Of a stretch of DNA of 64,000 bases, positions 53,416 to 64,000 are shown piece by piece. Numbering within the stretch: position 1 is the stretch's first letter; the number at the start of each line of letters is the position of its first letter. Position numbers and translations under genes: made by a program. A model generated the notes under the pieces. It was given only the letters and a program-made list of their open reading frames with translations. It did no database searches and was not told the origin of the DNA. Source of the DNA: the human T2T-CHM13v2.0 reference genome, Homo sapiens; assembly GCF_009914755.1 (NCBI RefSeq), contig NC_060926.1; one strand, written 5' to 3'.

Positions 53416-54077
53416 AAATTTTTTTTTTGTGATTCCCCTTATTATCAAGAGTTCTTGAGGTCAGAATGAGGAATATTCCCTTTTCCCTGAATGCCAGACC
53501 CTCACTAAATTTAAATTAAATTATATGATGCAGTTATTGCTTGCTTATAGATATTTCTTTCATTAAGCTATTAATGTCACCGAAATAATTGCATGTTCAT
53601 TATTATTAAAGTCAAAATGTATTTTAAGTGGCTTTTCAGTCAACTTGGAGACTATGTCTTATAATACCAAATATTTTATATTTAGCTAACCACTTAATCT
53701 AGAAGCAACATAAATTTTAGAGTAATCTTTATGACTCTCATATATTTATTAAGTTATCTTCTTTTTGCATTCAAAGTAAGTAGTATATTCAGGCTTTACA
53801 TGTTTATTGCAATGATTACCCCGTCCATAGCCCACCTCCTATTTGTTTGATGACACATATGACTCTAAATTCAAAACATATTCCCATCCTGAAAACTTTC
53901 TAACTGACTTATTCATTAAGGTTTTTTAAATACAAACTAGAAATCAACAGGTTGTCTTTAAGATTTCTTCATTTGTAGCATTATTTCTACCATAGTTAAA
54001 AAGAATTTGCCAGTGTGACCTAAATAAAAGATATGGCTGGTGTGTTTCAATTTTAGGCAATGATGGCAAAAACATGT

Positions 54078-54386
54078 TTTATTTTATCTTTTTGAGATAA
54101 GGTCTTGCTCTGTTGTCCAGGCTGGAGTGCAATGGTGTGATCACAGCTCACTGCAGGCTGTTTCCCAGGCTCAAGTGATCCTCCTGCCTCACCCTCGTGA
54201 GTAGCTAGGCCCACAGGCATGAGCCACCACACTCGGCTAATTTCTAAATATTTTTTTGTAGAGATGGGGTGGGGCGTGGTTCATGATATCACCCAAGCTG
54301 ATCTCAAACTCCTGGGCTCAAGCAATCCTTCCACTTCAGCCTCCTGAGTAGCTGGGACCACAGGTGCATGCCACTCTCCCTGGCTA
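54078..54386 (-). mobile_element. AluJo-like (left arm FLAM_A-like)
   Basis: Diverged dimer; both arms carry GAGTAGCT..CCACAGG. Confidence 0.85.
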
Positions 54387-54626
54387 AATTGGAAAAAAAG
54401 TTTTTGACCACATGAATACAGGCAGAACAGATACAAATAGGCTTCAGTGTTATAGCCAAGAACCTTTTTTCTTCCCCAGGTTCCTGAAAGGTTACCCCAC
54501 AGTCTCATCAGTAACAAAAGCCCTAGTGTGGGCATAATAGGCTCTCCAAGAAGTGACTGCGTATTTAATCGTTTCCTAGCTGATTCTGATAGGTCCTGCT
54601 CCCAAGGGACAAGGTCCCTTTTATGC

Positions 54627-54790
54627 TAGTGCTTCTCAAACTTGACTGTGCACATGAGCAACCTGTGGCTCTTATTAAGATGCGGATTCTGGTTCAGTAG
54701 GTTTGAGGCAAGACTTGAGATTCTGTATTTTTAAAGAGACCCCAGATCATGCCAGCACTTTTGGTCCACAGATTATACTTTTTGGGATAA
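54627..54790. mobile_element. MER5A-like
   Basis: AGTGCTTCTCAAACTT..ATGCGGATTCTGGTTCAGTAGGT..GAGATTCTGTATTTTTAA. Confidence 0.75.
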
Positions 54791-56399
54791 AGCAGTACAA
54801 CCACCTCCCATCTCTTAATCACCAGTAGATGCCGCACATTTGTGCACCCAGTATGGGTTTGATGCATTTGTTTTTATCTGTGGTTAGGGTTCGTTCTGCA
54901 TTTAGAAAATCTTCTCCATTCAAATGGAGCAATTACAGAATTTGTGGATCTATTTGCCACAATTATTAAACAGTTTGTTTAATGTTTCCTGCAAATGATC
55001 CTTTCCTTAAGTAAGAAAGCAGGAATTATGACAAGAAGGAAGAGAATAGCAAGTCTTGCATGCTTCTCAGCAGTGGCAACAAAAATTCTAGCACATGGAT
55101 AGACCCGGTGGTAAAATAAACATGAAGTTGTTGTAGGGTCCCTCCTATGAACTCCCATGCTTCCTGGAGTCCTAAATGCTGGAAATCTGGTGCTTCATGG
55201 CACTGCTGTATATCTGCTTTATTGTCTCCAGCTTGTCCTCCCTTCCCTTTCTTAAGCCCCTTTCAAAAATCATCTGGCATTGTCCAATCCATCCATTTTC
55301 TTGAACACTTCTTTTGTACAAGGTGGTCTAAACATGGAAAAGAAATGAATGGTCTCTCTCTATAAAAGACATGCAAAAGTAAATATTAAAGGTGTTCCAT
55401 AACAGCTGTATTTTATTTTAACAGAAAATACAAGGCAGTACCTAGAAACTCTGCATGAAAGGAGAACTTAAAAATCATCAAGTTCAGTTCTTATCCAGCA
55501 CATTGTGGGCAATTGTTTGTCAAACCTTTGTTTAATTTGTTCCAGGAACAGAGGGTTCATTAAGACCCAGGGTAGTTTGTGCCAACACTGGTCAGCTCTA
55601 ATTGTTAGAAAGTTCTTATTTATAATGAATGACTCCTTCTATTAAGGCATATACTCACAGGTTACAGAGGAAAAAAAGTTATTGTCTCCTGGTGAAGGCT
55701 GGGGAAACCTCTTAGAGTAGGAGGTATTTGGGCAGAATCTAAATTCCACTCTACTGGAATTTAGGAAAGTAGAGAGAAGTTGGGAGGGCAGCATTCTCAT
55801 TCTCTTAGAATTACACTTTCTAATTCTTCATCTAGATCCTCTAATTATGCTCTAGTGTTAATGTATATCCCTACTTTAAATACTAAAAAGCCGTCAACAA
55901 TGTGTCAGACACCATAGTATCATTCCATAGATGATATTTGAGAAAACAAGTAGGCTTGTCAAATTCCCCTCACTCATAAAGCAGATGATTATCCACCCAC
56001 TACAGCTGGGCCTGCTCTAATCTAATTCTAAAAGGCTAGATTTATCCAGAGGGCAAACGAAGTAGGCAGACACACAGCTGTTGTTTGGAGAACAGTACAG
56101 TGTTGGGGTGAAAAATAACACTGGCTAAAGATAAGCTCAATAGATCTGTGGGAGCACAGCTTTAAGCCATGTGGCTTTACTGCGTCAGGAAACCACAGTG
56201 GGAGCTTGTCAACCCTGTTACCCATCTGGATGGGACGGGTTCTATTTAAAGCCATTAACCCAAGTTTTAGTTTTATGCAAGGCAGAAGTTTTCTGGGCTT
56301 CTCTTTTCATGGAGAACAAAGTGACCGGAAACGTAATTCAGAATATAAATGACAGAGTACATACGTGTAAGGGAATGGAAAACATATTTGTATTGATAG

Positions 56400-56713
<314 letters not shown>

Positions 56714-59230
56714 GCGACTTTTTTTTAGAAAGCTATTAGCATTTGTGTTGGGATTAAAACAATGATAAGGTGTGGGGTAAAGGTTTTTGTTTGTTTGTTT
56801 ATTTGTTTTTTGAGGGAGTATAGTGGGTCTCCTAGAAGTCTGGAGGTGCTGGGACCTCCCTGAGGAAGTTAGAGGGAAATATTCCTTGTTAATTCGGAAA
56901 AGGAGATGAAAAATGAGAGGAGGAGAGGAGGAGCTCAGACAGGGAAGTCTGAGAACTGGTGGAAGGCCGTCCTCTGGGATGTGACCCTTCCTTGCAACCA
57001 TTCTAAATCTCCAAGAGATGCAACAACAATATCAAAACATTTACACACTGCATGATGTCAGTGGATTTTTATGGAAACGATGAAAGGATTATGTTTTGCA
57101 TCTAAGATATTATGGAGCTTTATAGATACGGAACAGAGGAACAATGGTTTATGGCCGCATAGGGACATATGAGAAAGAGAGCCAGCAGAATTTGCAGGAA
57201 CTATGGAGTAGGCTTTGAATTGTGGAACGGGCATGTCCACAGCTGACATTTAGATTTCACATATAAAATTGTTTGTTCCTAGGAAACTTTCCACCTGAAG
57301 CTAACATTTTTTTTAATTGCTTATTTTCTTTTAAGAAATGTCTACTTCAAAAGGTCAGGCTGTCTTCTAGAATATGGAGCATCTCCCACTATGTTTGTAC
57401 AATTGAGTAGCCCCTACAAAGCCCTAGGATTTTCTAAGCCCTGTTTTTCTAAATGTTTAAGCTTATTTCCTTTCCCTTGTCTATTCTTATAGCTTAAAAA
57501 AAATCTAAATTTATTTTGAAATCCTTTGAGACATAGAGCACGTAAAACCCAAGGTCATATTACTCAATTTCCACTCTACATCTTTCACACAGGGACACAG
57601 TAGTTAAAAACTGTAGCTTAGAAAATTCTTAAGACTTTACAAGAAGGCTAAATTTTGTTAGAAAAGTCATGAATCACTCAAAGACTGCCTTCCTGAAATA
57701 AAATAATTTTTACTTTTTCTTAGAAGATACTTTATTGTTTTATCTTCCAGCACCTAAAGATTTAAAGAACAATGTTTTTATGTGATGGGACTTGACTGTA
57801 AGAAGCCTGAACCGAATTCCTTTTTCTGGAACTGGTCTTGCTATCCTTTGGCAAAACAAAATCTAAAAAATGACAAATATATCGCTGTCACTGTTCCTTG
57901 GAAATATGTTTCCAAAGTCTTTGAAAATTTAAACTGCAAGCTGAGATATAGCTTGAGGTGTTTTTCTTAAATTGTTCCTAAACTGCCTCTTCTTCTCAGC
58001 GCTATATCAAATTACTGAGCTGTCTGCTGAAGTTAAGCAAGGTGATGATTGTACCTAAAGAATAAATGCATTTGGGTTTAAAGTTTTGACTGTTTGTTTC
58101 TTTTGAAATAATATTAAATGAAGGGGATTAATATGGGTTTTCCTGCTAGGGTATAAATTAAAAGGGATTAAATACATATAAATTAGATAAATTCAAGTCA
58201 TTAAATGTTTATCAAGCATCTTACATGAGTAAGATATATGAGCATACACTGGCAAAAAATAAAACTATGACATTGTCTCAGGTGTCAAGGAGCTTACATA
58301 TAAGAAAAATACAAGTACATGTTTAGCGACGGAAAAGTGAAAAAAATATGTGCAGACTGGTGTGTACTTGAGTGGTTTTAAGAATATTTCAAGTAACTTC
58401 TCTGAAGGGTCTATGCATAGTAAAGAAAAACAAATAACTGAATTTAATTATCTAAGCCGGCTTGTTGGATGAATGACAACGTCACATTAAATTGCTACTT
58501 TACTGAATGACAATCATTATAGCTGAAAATATCCAATAACATAATTTGTATGGCTAGAGGTGCAATTAACCATCTTCTCTTTTATATCATAAATCTCACA
58601 TCAAATACTTAAGTGTTTACCACATTTACTACATTCCAAGGTGCCACGCTATGGCTATGAAGAATAAAAAGAGGCTTTAAGACACACTCTTTGTTCTCAA
58701 GGAATTTTTAGACTGGTTGGCCGGACAAGGTTCCTTCATATAACATTATTACAAGAATTCCAGAGGAGGAAGAACTAACTTGCAGTTAGAATTGTCAGGA
58801 ATGGCACATGGGGAAGACAGGAGTATTGATAGAATTTTGATGGGGGTATTGGACATTTCAGATGAAAGAATGGTAAGAATTCAGGGGTAAAAGTTAAAGG
58901 TGTACAGAGCATTTTTAGGGTAAAGAAATGTTTTAATTATGTTAGAATAAATGGTTCCTTCTGCAGTCATGAGTGATAAGGCCAAAATAGCATGTTGAGG
59001 ACATATGAGGAAAGCTTTGAGTAGAGGCTGCAGAGTGAGCACATCATTCTACAAGCACAAGAGTTTCATGGAAAGCTTTTGAGCAAGCAAGTGGTCAGAA
59101 AGCATTAGTGATCAAAGCATTTGTTTAATAAGAAGATTCTTGAAGTGATGCATGAATTATCTTGGCAGGAAGAGTCTGAAGGCAGTATGCTCAGGTAAGC
59201 AGCCATCACATTAGTTAGTGTGTGAGTTAG

Positions 59231-59573
59231 CGTATTAGTCTATTGTCATGCTGTTGAATTTATAAAGAAAAAGAGGTTTAATGGACTCACGTTATGGTTC
59301 TATGTGGCTGGGGAGGCCTCACAATCATGGCAGAAGGCGAAAGGCATGTCTTACATGGTGGCAGATGAGAGAAGAATGAGAGCCAAGTGAAAGCAGAAAC
59401 CCCTTATAAAACCATCAGATCTTGTGAGTCTTATTCACTACCAAGAGAACAGTATGGGGGAACCACCCCCGTGATTCAGTTATCTCCCACTGGGTCCCTC
59501 CCACAACACACGGCAATTATGGAAGCTATAGTTCAAGATGAGATTTGAATGGGGACACAGCCAAATCATATCA
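59231..59573 (-). mobile_element. THE1-type (MaLR) solo LTR
   Basis: GTATTAGTC..GAGGTTTAATGGACTCAC..GGCTGGGGAGGCCTCACAATCATGGCAGAAGG..GGGGACACAGCCAAATCATATCA. Confidence 0.9.
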
Positions 59574-60314
59574 TTTGGTAAGGACCAGAATCAAATGAGA
59601 GTTAGAAATGAAGAACAGAATAAATCCGGTTTTTTGTTTGTTTTTGTTTTAATGGAGCATTTACATATTACTATACATGAATTCTATCATAAAAATGCCA
59701 AAGCTAAATGTATTGATAATCTTTATTATCAATGAGCAAACATTAATGGAATGAAAAAGTGTCTTAACAAAAGACAACCATGTAAATTCTTTATCTGAAT
59801 GACATTATCATTCATAACCCAGTTTTACTCATGTTCCCTATGTAATTTTCCAAGTAAGCCATTCTGCTGAGAGTTTAGTCCTTGGAAAACTTGGTGTTCT
59901 TTTGAGAAACTGATATATTTTCTTCATTCTCACAATGGCAGCCATGAAACTCAGGTAACCTTCCCTGAGTGCTGGCAGGCTCAGAACCAGGCCTGCAGCT
60001 TAACCAGCATAACTGTGTTGATTTGGGGTTGTAATCTCTATTTTCTCCCTTGTTAATTCTCCTCCCATGTCCTTTGTCATTGCTCTTCACTAATATTATT
60101 GTCGTGGTTTCTCCTCTTCTCACTGTGTCTCTAGATGATTTTTCAAAGAGGCAAAGGATAACACATTTAATATGTACCAATTGCTCTCCCTCCTACATCT
60201 CCAGCCTCATTTTCTTCCCTGAGATCTAGCATGGTATTCCTACATCTTGCTTGTATTGTGTCCCAGCCTCTAAACAGATGGCTCCATCTGGCACTTTCTT
60301 ATGTCCAACTTCCA

Positions 60315-60504
60315 GCCTTTTTCAAACGTGGTCCCTGAACCAGCAGCAGCAGCATCACCTGGGAACTTTTCAGAAATAGAAATTCTGAGGCCCCACTCCA
60401 AGTACTGAATCAGAAACTGTGGGGGTGAAGCCCAGCAATCTGTGTTTCAACAAGGCCTCCAGGTGATTCTGACACATGTCCAAGTTTAAAAGCCACTACC
60501 CTAG
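60315..60504. mobile_element. MER5A
   Basis: TTCAAACGTGGTCCCTGAACCAGCAGCAGCAGCATCACCTGGGAACT..CTGAATCAGAAACT..CCAGGTGATTCTGA. Confidence 0.88.
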
Positions 60505-61038
60505 ACAAAGACTGGGCTCTTTTCTTTCTCTCCTGGTCTATGTGTTCTCTAGGTCACAGCATCTCTGGTCCACTCTACATATTTGCTCTGCTATCTTGGC
60601 AAATTCTTTACACATTTTTTAGAATAAGCATACATTCTTAAAAGCGCTTATTCTATTGAGGTAGCAAATTATTATCCTTGCCACAGTTAGTAAAGCATTC
60701 ATGGGTACCCTCACTGATGGGTGACCTCATGGTCACTCATTGATTCATGCTTGGGCCACCTGACAACATTTGCTCCAATCAATAGCCACACCTAATTAAA
60801 AGACAGACTATTATTCCTTTCCTAAGCAAGGCTATAGCAGATAAACCCGGAGGAGACCTGTTCTCTTCAATAAATGTATCTTTAATTAAGTAGATGTGTA
60901 TAGTATGACTTCAGCAGAGGACTAATTGAAAATTTCTTAGTTTGGTTAAATGGATGCAGTCTCCTTTTAAGAAAGACAAGGGGCAACAATTATTGTTTGG
61001 CATCATTGGAAATAGTCCAGGCAAGGCAGTTTACTTCT

Positions 61039-61128
61039 TCTCCCATCCAAGTACTAACAAGGCCAGACCATACTTAGCTTCCAAGATCAGATGAGATCTG
61101 GTGCGTTCAGGAAGGTATGGTCATAGAC
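61039..61128 (-). pseudogene. 5S rRNA pseudogene (nt 1-90 of 5S, 3'-truncated)
   Basis: Revcomp GTCTATGACCATACCTTCCTGAACGCACCAGATCTCATCTGATCTTGGAAGCTAAGTATGGTCTGGCCTTGTTAGTACTTGGATGGGAGA; AGTTTAC on both flanks. Confidence 0.95.
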
Positions 61129-62559
61129 AGTTTACCCATTCTGATGTTTGAAGATGGTTCAAGTTAGTTTTGATAATAAAGATTCTATAATAAGTGAACA
61201 ATGACTCAATTTCTAAATTACACAGATGCTATCCAACTTATATCCTTAAAGGAAGTGTATTGCTAGATGTTCTCATTTGTGTGTAAAGATGTGATTCTTG
61301 CCTACCACCACCTTTTTAAAGTTAAGAAGTGCTTTATACATTTAAGTGTATTGACAGCTTCAAAAACTGGTTTAAAACCTTCAAGTTGCTTTGTTAGGGG
61401 CAACAAGTGGCAGGGATGGAAAGATTTTCAGGGGAATCTCTTATTGAACTGAGGCAGAAAATAGATTGAGGGGTGGGGTTCTTGCAGTTATGCATGGTGG
61501 CAAAATAAGCATACAAGTATTCTTGCAAAATAAATGTGAGTTCCTAAGATTTATTAAATTATAATTTGAAAGATGTCGGTAATCCGTGCAGCTAATAACT
61601 GGGTCATAAGCAGTCTTGTTCTACAGCTGATTAAAAATAAATAAACCAATACATGTTTATTAGGCACTAATGCTGCGCTCAGTTCCTACCAGGAGCTTTC
61701 ATCTACTTGAAGAGTATGAAGCAACACCAAAGTACAAGATAAGAGATGGTTACGTGCTAAATTATGTTATCCTTGACATACTTTTCTTTGTACATGCTTA
61801 GAGATCTCATCCCTCATGACTTTATTTAATAATTATGTAGGTCAGTGTTTCTCAGTCTTGAGCAATGTAATGACAGACTGTGGCAAAAATTTCTTACATT
61901 TCCTCATTTCTTACATGGAATGAAAGCATTTTTATTATATTTTACCTAAACATGTACCGATCTAAAAACAGGCACAAACTGCTTAGCCTATGACCCTTAA
62001 CTATAAAAAAACAAATTTATAAGTTAAATACAGAAAAGTTACCCAACAGAATTTAAATTAATTTAATGGTAAGGATAATATTTTATTGAAAAAATAAATC
62101 ACCACTAAAACCCTGAGCATGGTTCTACCTGCTAAAATGCATCTTCCTTTATGTTCAATAGGCCTTTCTCACTATGAGTCACACAGTGACTCAGCTCTTG
62201 CCACTTTATTCAAACTACTGTGAACCTACCCTTTATACACTTCCTGTAGGATTTTTTTTTGCATTTGATTTGTACAAACTCATCATATATGTATTAACTC
62301 TGCTTGTGATAGTTTCTCGTTATTTGGCAACAATTAATATAGTGCCACAGATGGACAACCTGATTGGAATACAAATGAAATGAAAATCTTAGGTGATACT
62401 TGATATAAGGAAGCCATCCAGATGGCCCCAGATTTTCATGTTACTTTTTGAAGATTGTCATACATACAAAGACACAAAGTCCTCATTAAAAAATCATTTA
62501 AAAATCCTCAGTAAACCGAGGGCATCTGTGGTGGGCACAGCTGTGTCTCCCAGATACCC

Positions 62560-62930
62560 CTGTAAGGAAGCATGTGGTGACAAAGCTATCAGTAGACCAC
62601 CTCCAGCTCTCAGTTCCTTTAGGGTTTGCTCTGCTGCAAAGAGCTGCCTAGCCCAAGAACTCATCCTTCTCCAGATGCTCACATTAAATGACTGATGGAG
62701 GCAGCAGTATCAAAACTGGGCTATTACCCTTGAACAGGGACAACTCTGATGGGTCATGTATGCACCAGCTTCCCTGTGGATTTGGCTGAGGTCAGCCTGC
62801 ACTGCAGTTCTACCTCTCCCTAACAATCCTGCTTTCCCCTCTCTCCCATTAGTTATGATAAACTCCATCTCACTATCTGCTCCCAAAGACCCAGTCAACA
62901 AGAGCTCCCAGAAATCTCTCTGAGGAACCC
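62560..62930. mobile_element. Degenerate MLT1-type LTR
   Basis: CAACTCTGATGGG..AAACTCCATCTCACTATCTGCTCCCAAAGACCCA end motif. Confidence 0.5.
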
Positions 62931-63788
62931 CCAGTGGACTGAGAAAGCTTCTTCTGTAGCCCTGATTCTTCTTACACGTTTCTAGTTTCAAAGTTCAGCT
63001 TCCAGTTGTACATTCCTGACAGCACTAAAAATCCAACAGGTCCATATCACCAATCTCTTAGGTTCTTGCCACAGAACAACTGTTTTTTGTTTTTGTTTTT
63101 TTTGTTTGTTTGTTTGTTTTTCTGTTTTAGAATGGTGCTACCATTGTATTCCCACAGCATCAGAAGATGGGAGGTGATTTTGATTCTTTACACACCTTGC
63201 TCCTCACAGCCAGTCTATGATTCAGGATTCCTCACATGGAGAGGTCTTTGCTCATTTCTCCAGGGATCCATTTCCCTTTAAACAAAGGATGCTGCTGAAA
63301 TTATAACGGAGAGCTCCTCTTTGTTCTTGGGATATGTCTTCTTTTCAATCGTTTTGGGTTTCCCTTCTCTTCAGTTCCACAGACTTTTAAGGACAAAGAA
63401 AATGCCCACCCCCCACACCCCCCCCACCAAAAGACATCTACACAAAATTCCATCCCACAATCACCTACTTATTTTGGAGCACAATATACTGGTTTGCATA
63501 TTAAATAAAAGGGGGATGGCAGAAAATGCTAAAGGCTTAACTCTCCCTTCTTCAATTAGCATTAGTGTAGTGCAGTCATTAGAACAAAACCCTTATTTTG
63601 TTCCAGTTAAAGGTGAAATACATTCAATTTTTCTTTTCTTTATCTTTTATATTGCACTACTCATAAAAGCCAAGTCTTGATAAAAGCCAAAATAATAATT
63701 TTATATAACATAAATACAGACTAAAGCAAGCGTAAATGTTATGTGTTTTAAAGTCTATGAAAACATACATATTTTTAAAGCAGTCAAC

Positions 63789-64000
63789 TCATTGAAAGAT
63801 ACTAATATTTAAAGTAGAAAGTTGTGTTGTCTGCTGAACATGAGACTCTGAGGTATTTGTGAGAGAGAAATTGTCAGGAAAGCAGTAGAACATTTCCTGC
63901 CCATGGGTGCAGTCTTGAGTATTTGTAATAGCCATGACGAATCCAAAAACCATCACCACAGCACCAATGGGAAGCATGACACAAGACATAATCTTATCGG
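63789..64000 (-). CDS. SLC38A11: SLC38A11 (putative sodium-coupled neutral amino acid transporter 11), final coding segment; runs off the window
   Basis: Frame open from the window edge: DKIMSCVMLPIGAVVMVFGFVMAITNTQDCTHGQEMFYCFPDNFSLTNTSESHVQQTTQLSTLNISIFQ* (TGA 63791-63789); one TM helix, a Cys pair and three N-glycosylation sequons; peptide recognised, and the gene is the known neighbour of COBLL1. Confidence 0.92.
   Translation of the reverse strand, partial: DKIMSCVMLPIGAVVMVFGFVMAITNTQDCTHGQEMFYCFPDNFSLTNTSESHVQQTTQLSTLNISIFQ

Larger units (their letters stand above)
59700..63788 (-). other. SLC38A11: SLC38A11 3' UTR (distal extent uncertain)
   Basis: Downstream of the stop codon; minus-strand AATAAA candidates include 62205, 62082, 61931, 61821, 61656, 61550 and 59722, with TATAAA variants near 63645 and 63700. 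Confidence 0.45.

Overview
Primate (almost certainly human) genomic DNA, not prokaryotic. It is AT-rich and CpG-depleted, with about 20 Alus plus L1, L2, MIR, LTR and DNA-transposon remnants. By recognition of the encoded peptides, the window spans the 5' end of COBLL1 (minus strand, CpG island about 5.9-7.75 kb), an intergenic stretch of about 50 kb, and the final coding segment and 3' UTR of SLC38A11 (minus strand, right edge); this would be human chr2q24.3. Nearly all ORFs in the supplied track are spurious Alu, L1, GC-rich or AT-rich frames. The real coding pieces are short exons the track misses or mis-frames. The most interesting observation is that the COBLL1 5' region can encode alternative N-termini that all end in the same splice phase: MDGR..., MCG.../MGQAVT... 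(myristoylation-like, toggled by a NAGNAG acceptor) and a candidate intronic exon MLETLVGKLKCC... (di-Cys). Other notable items: two 5S rRNA retrocopies truncated at exactly nt 90, two apparent templated-insertion repair scars, a near full-length Tigger1, an HERV-L dUTPase remnant with an MLT2A LTR carrying DUX4-like sites, and a MADE1 next to the COBLL1 promoter. Repeat subfamily names and boundaries come from remembered consensus sequences and are approximate. I cannot establish novelty without database searches.
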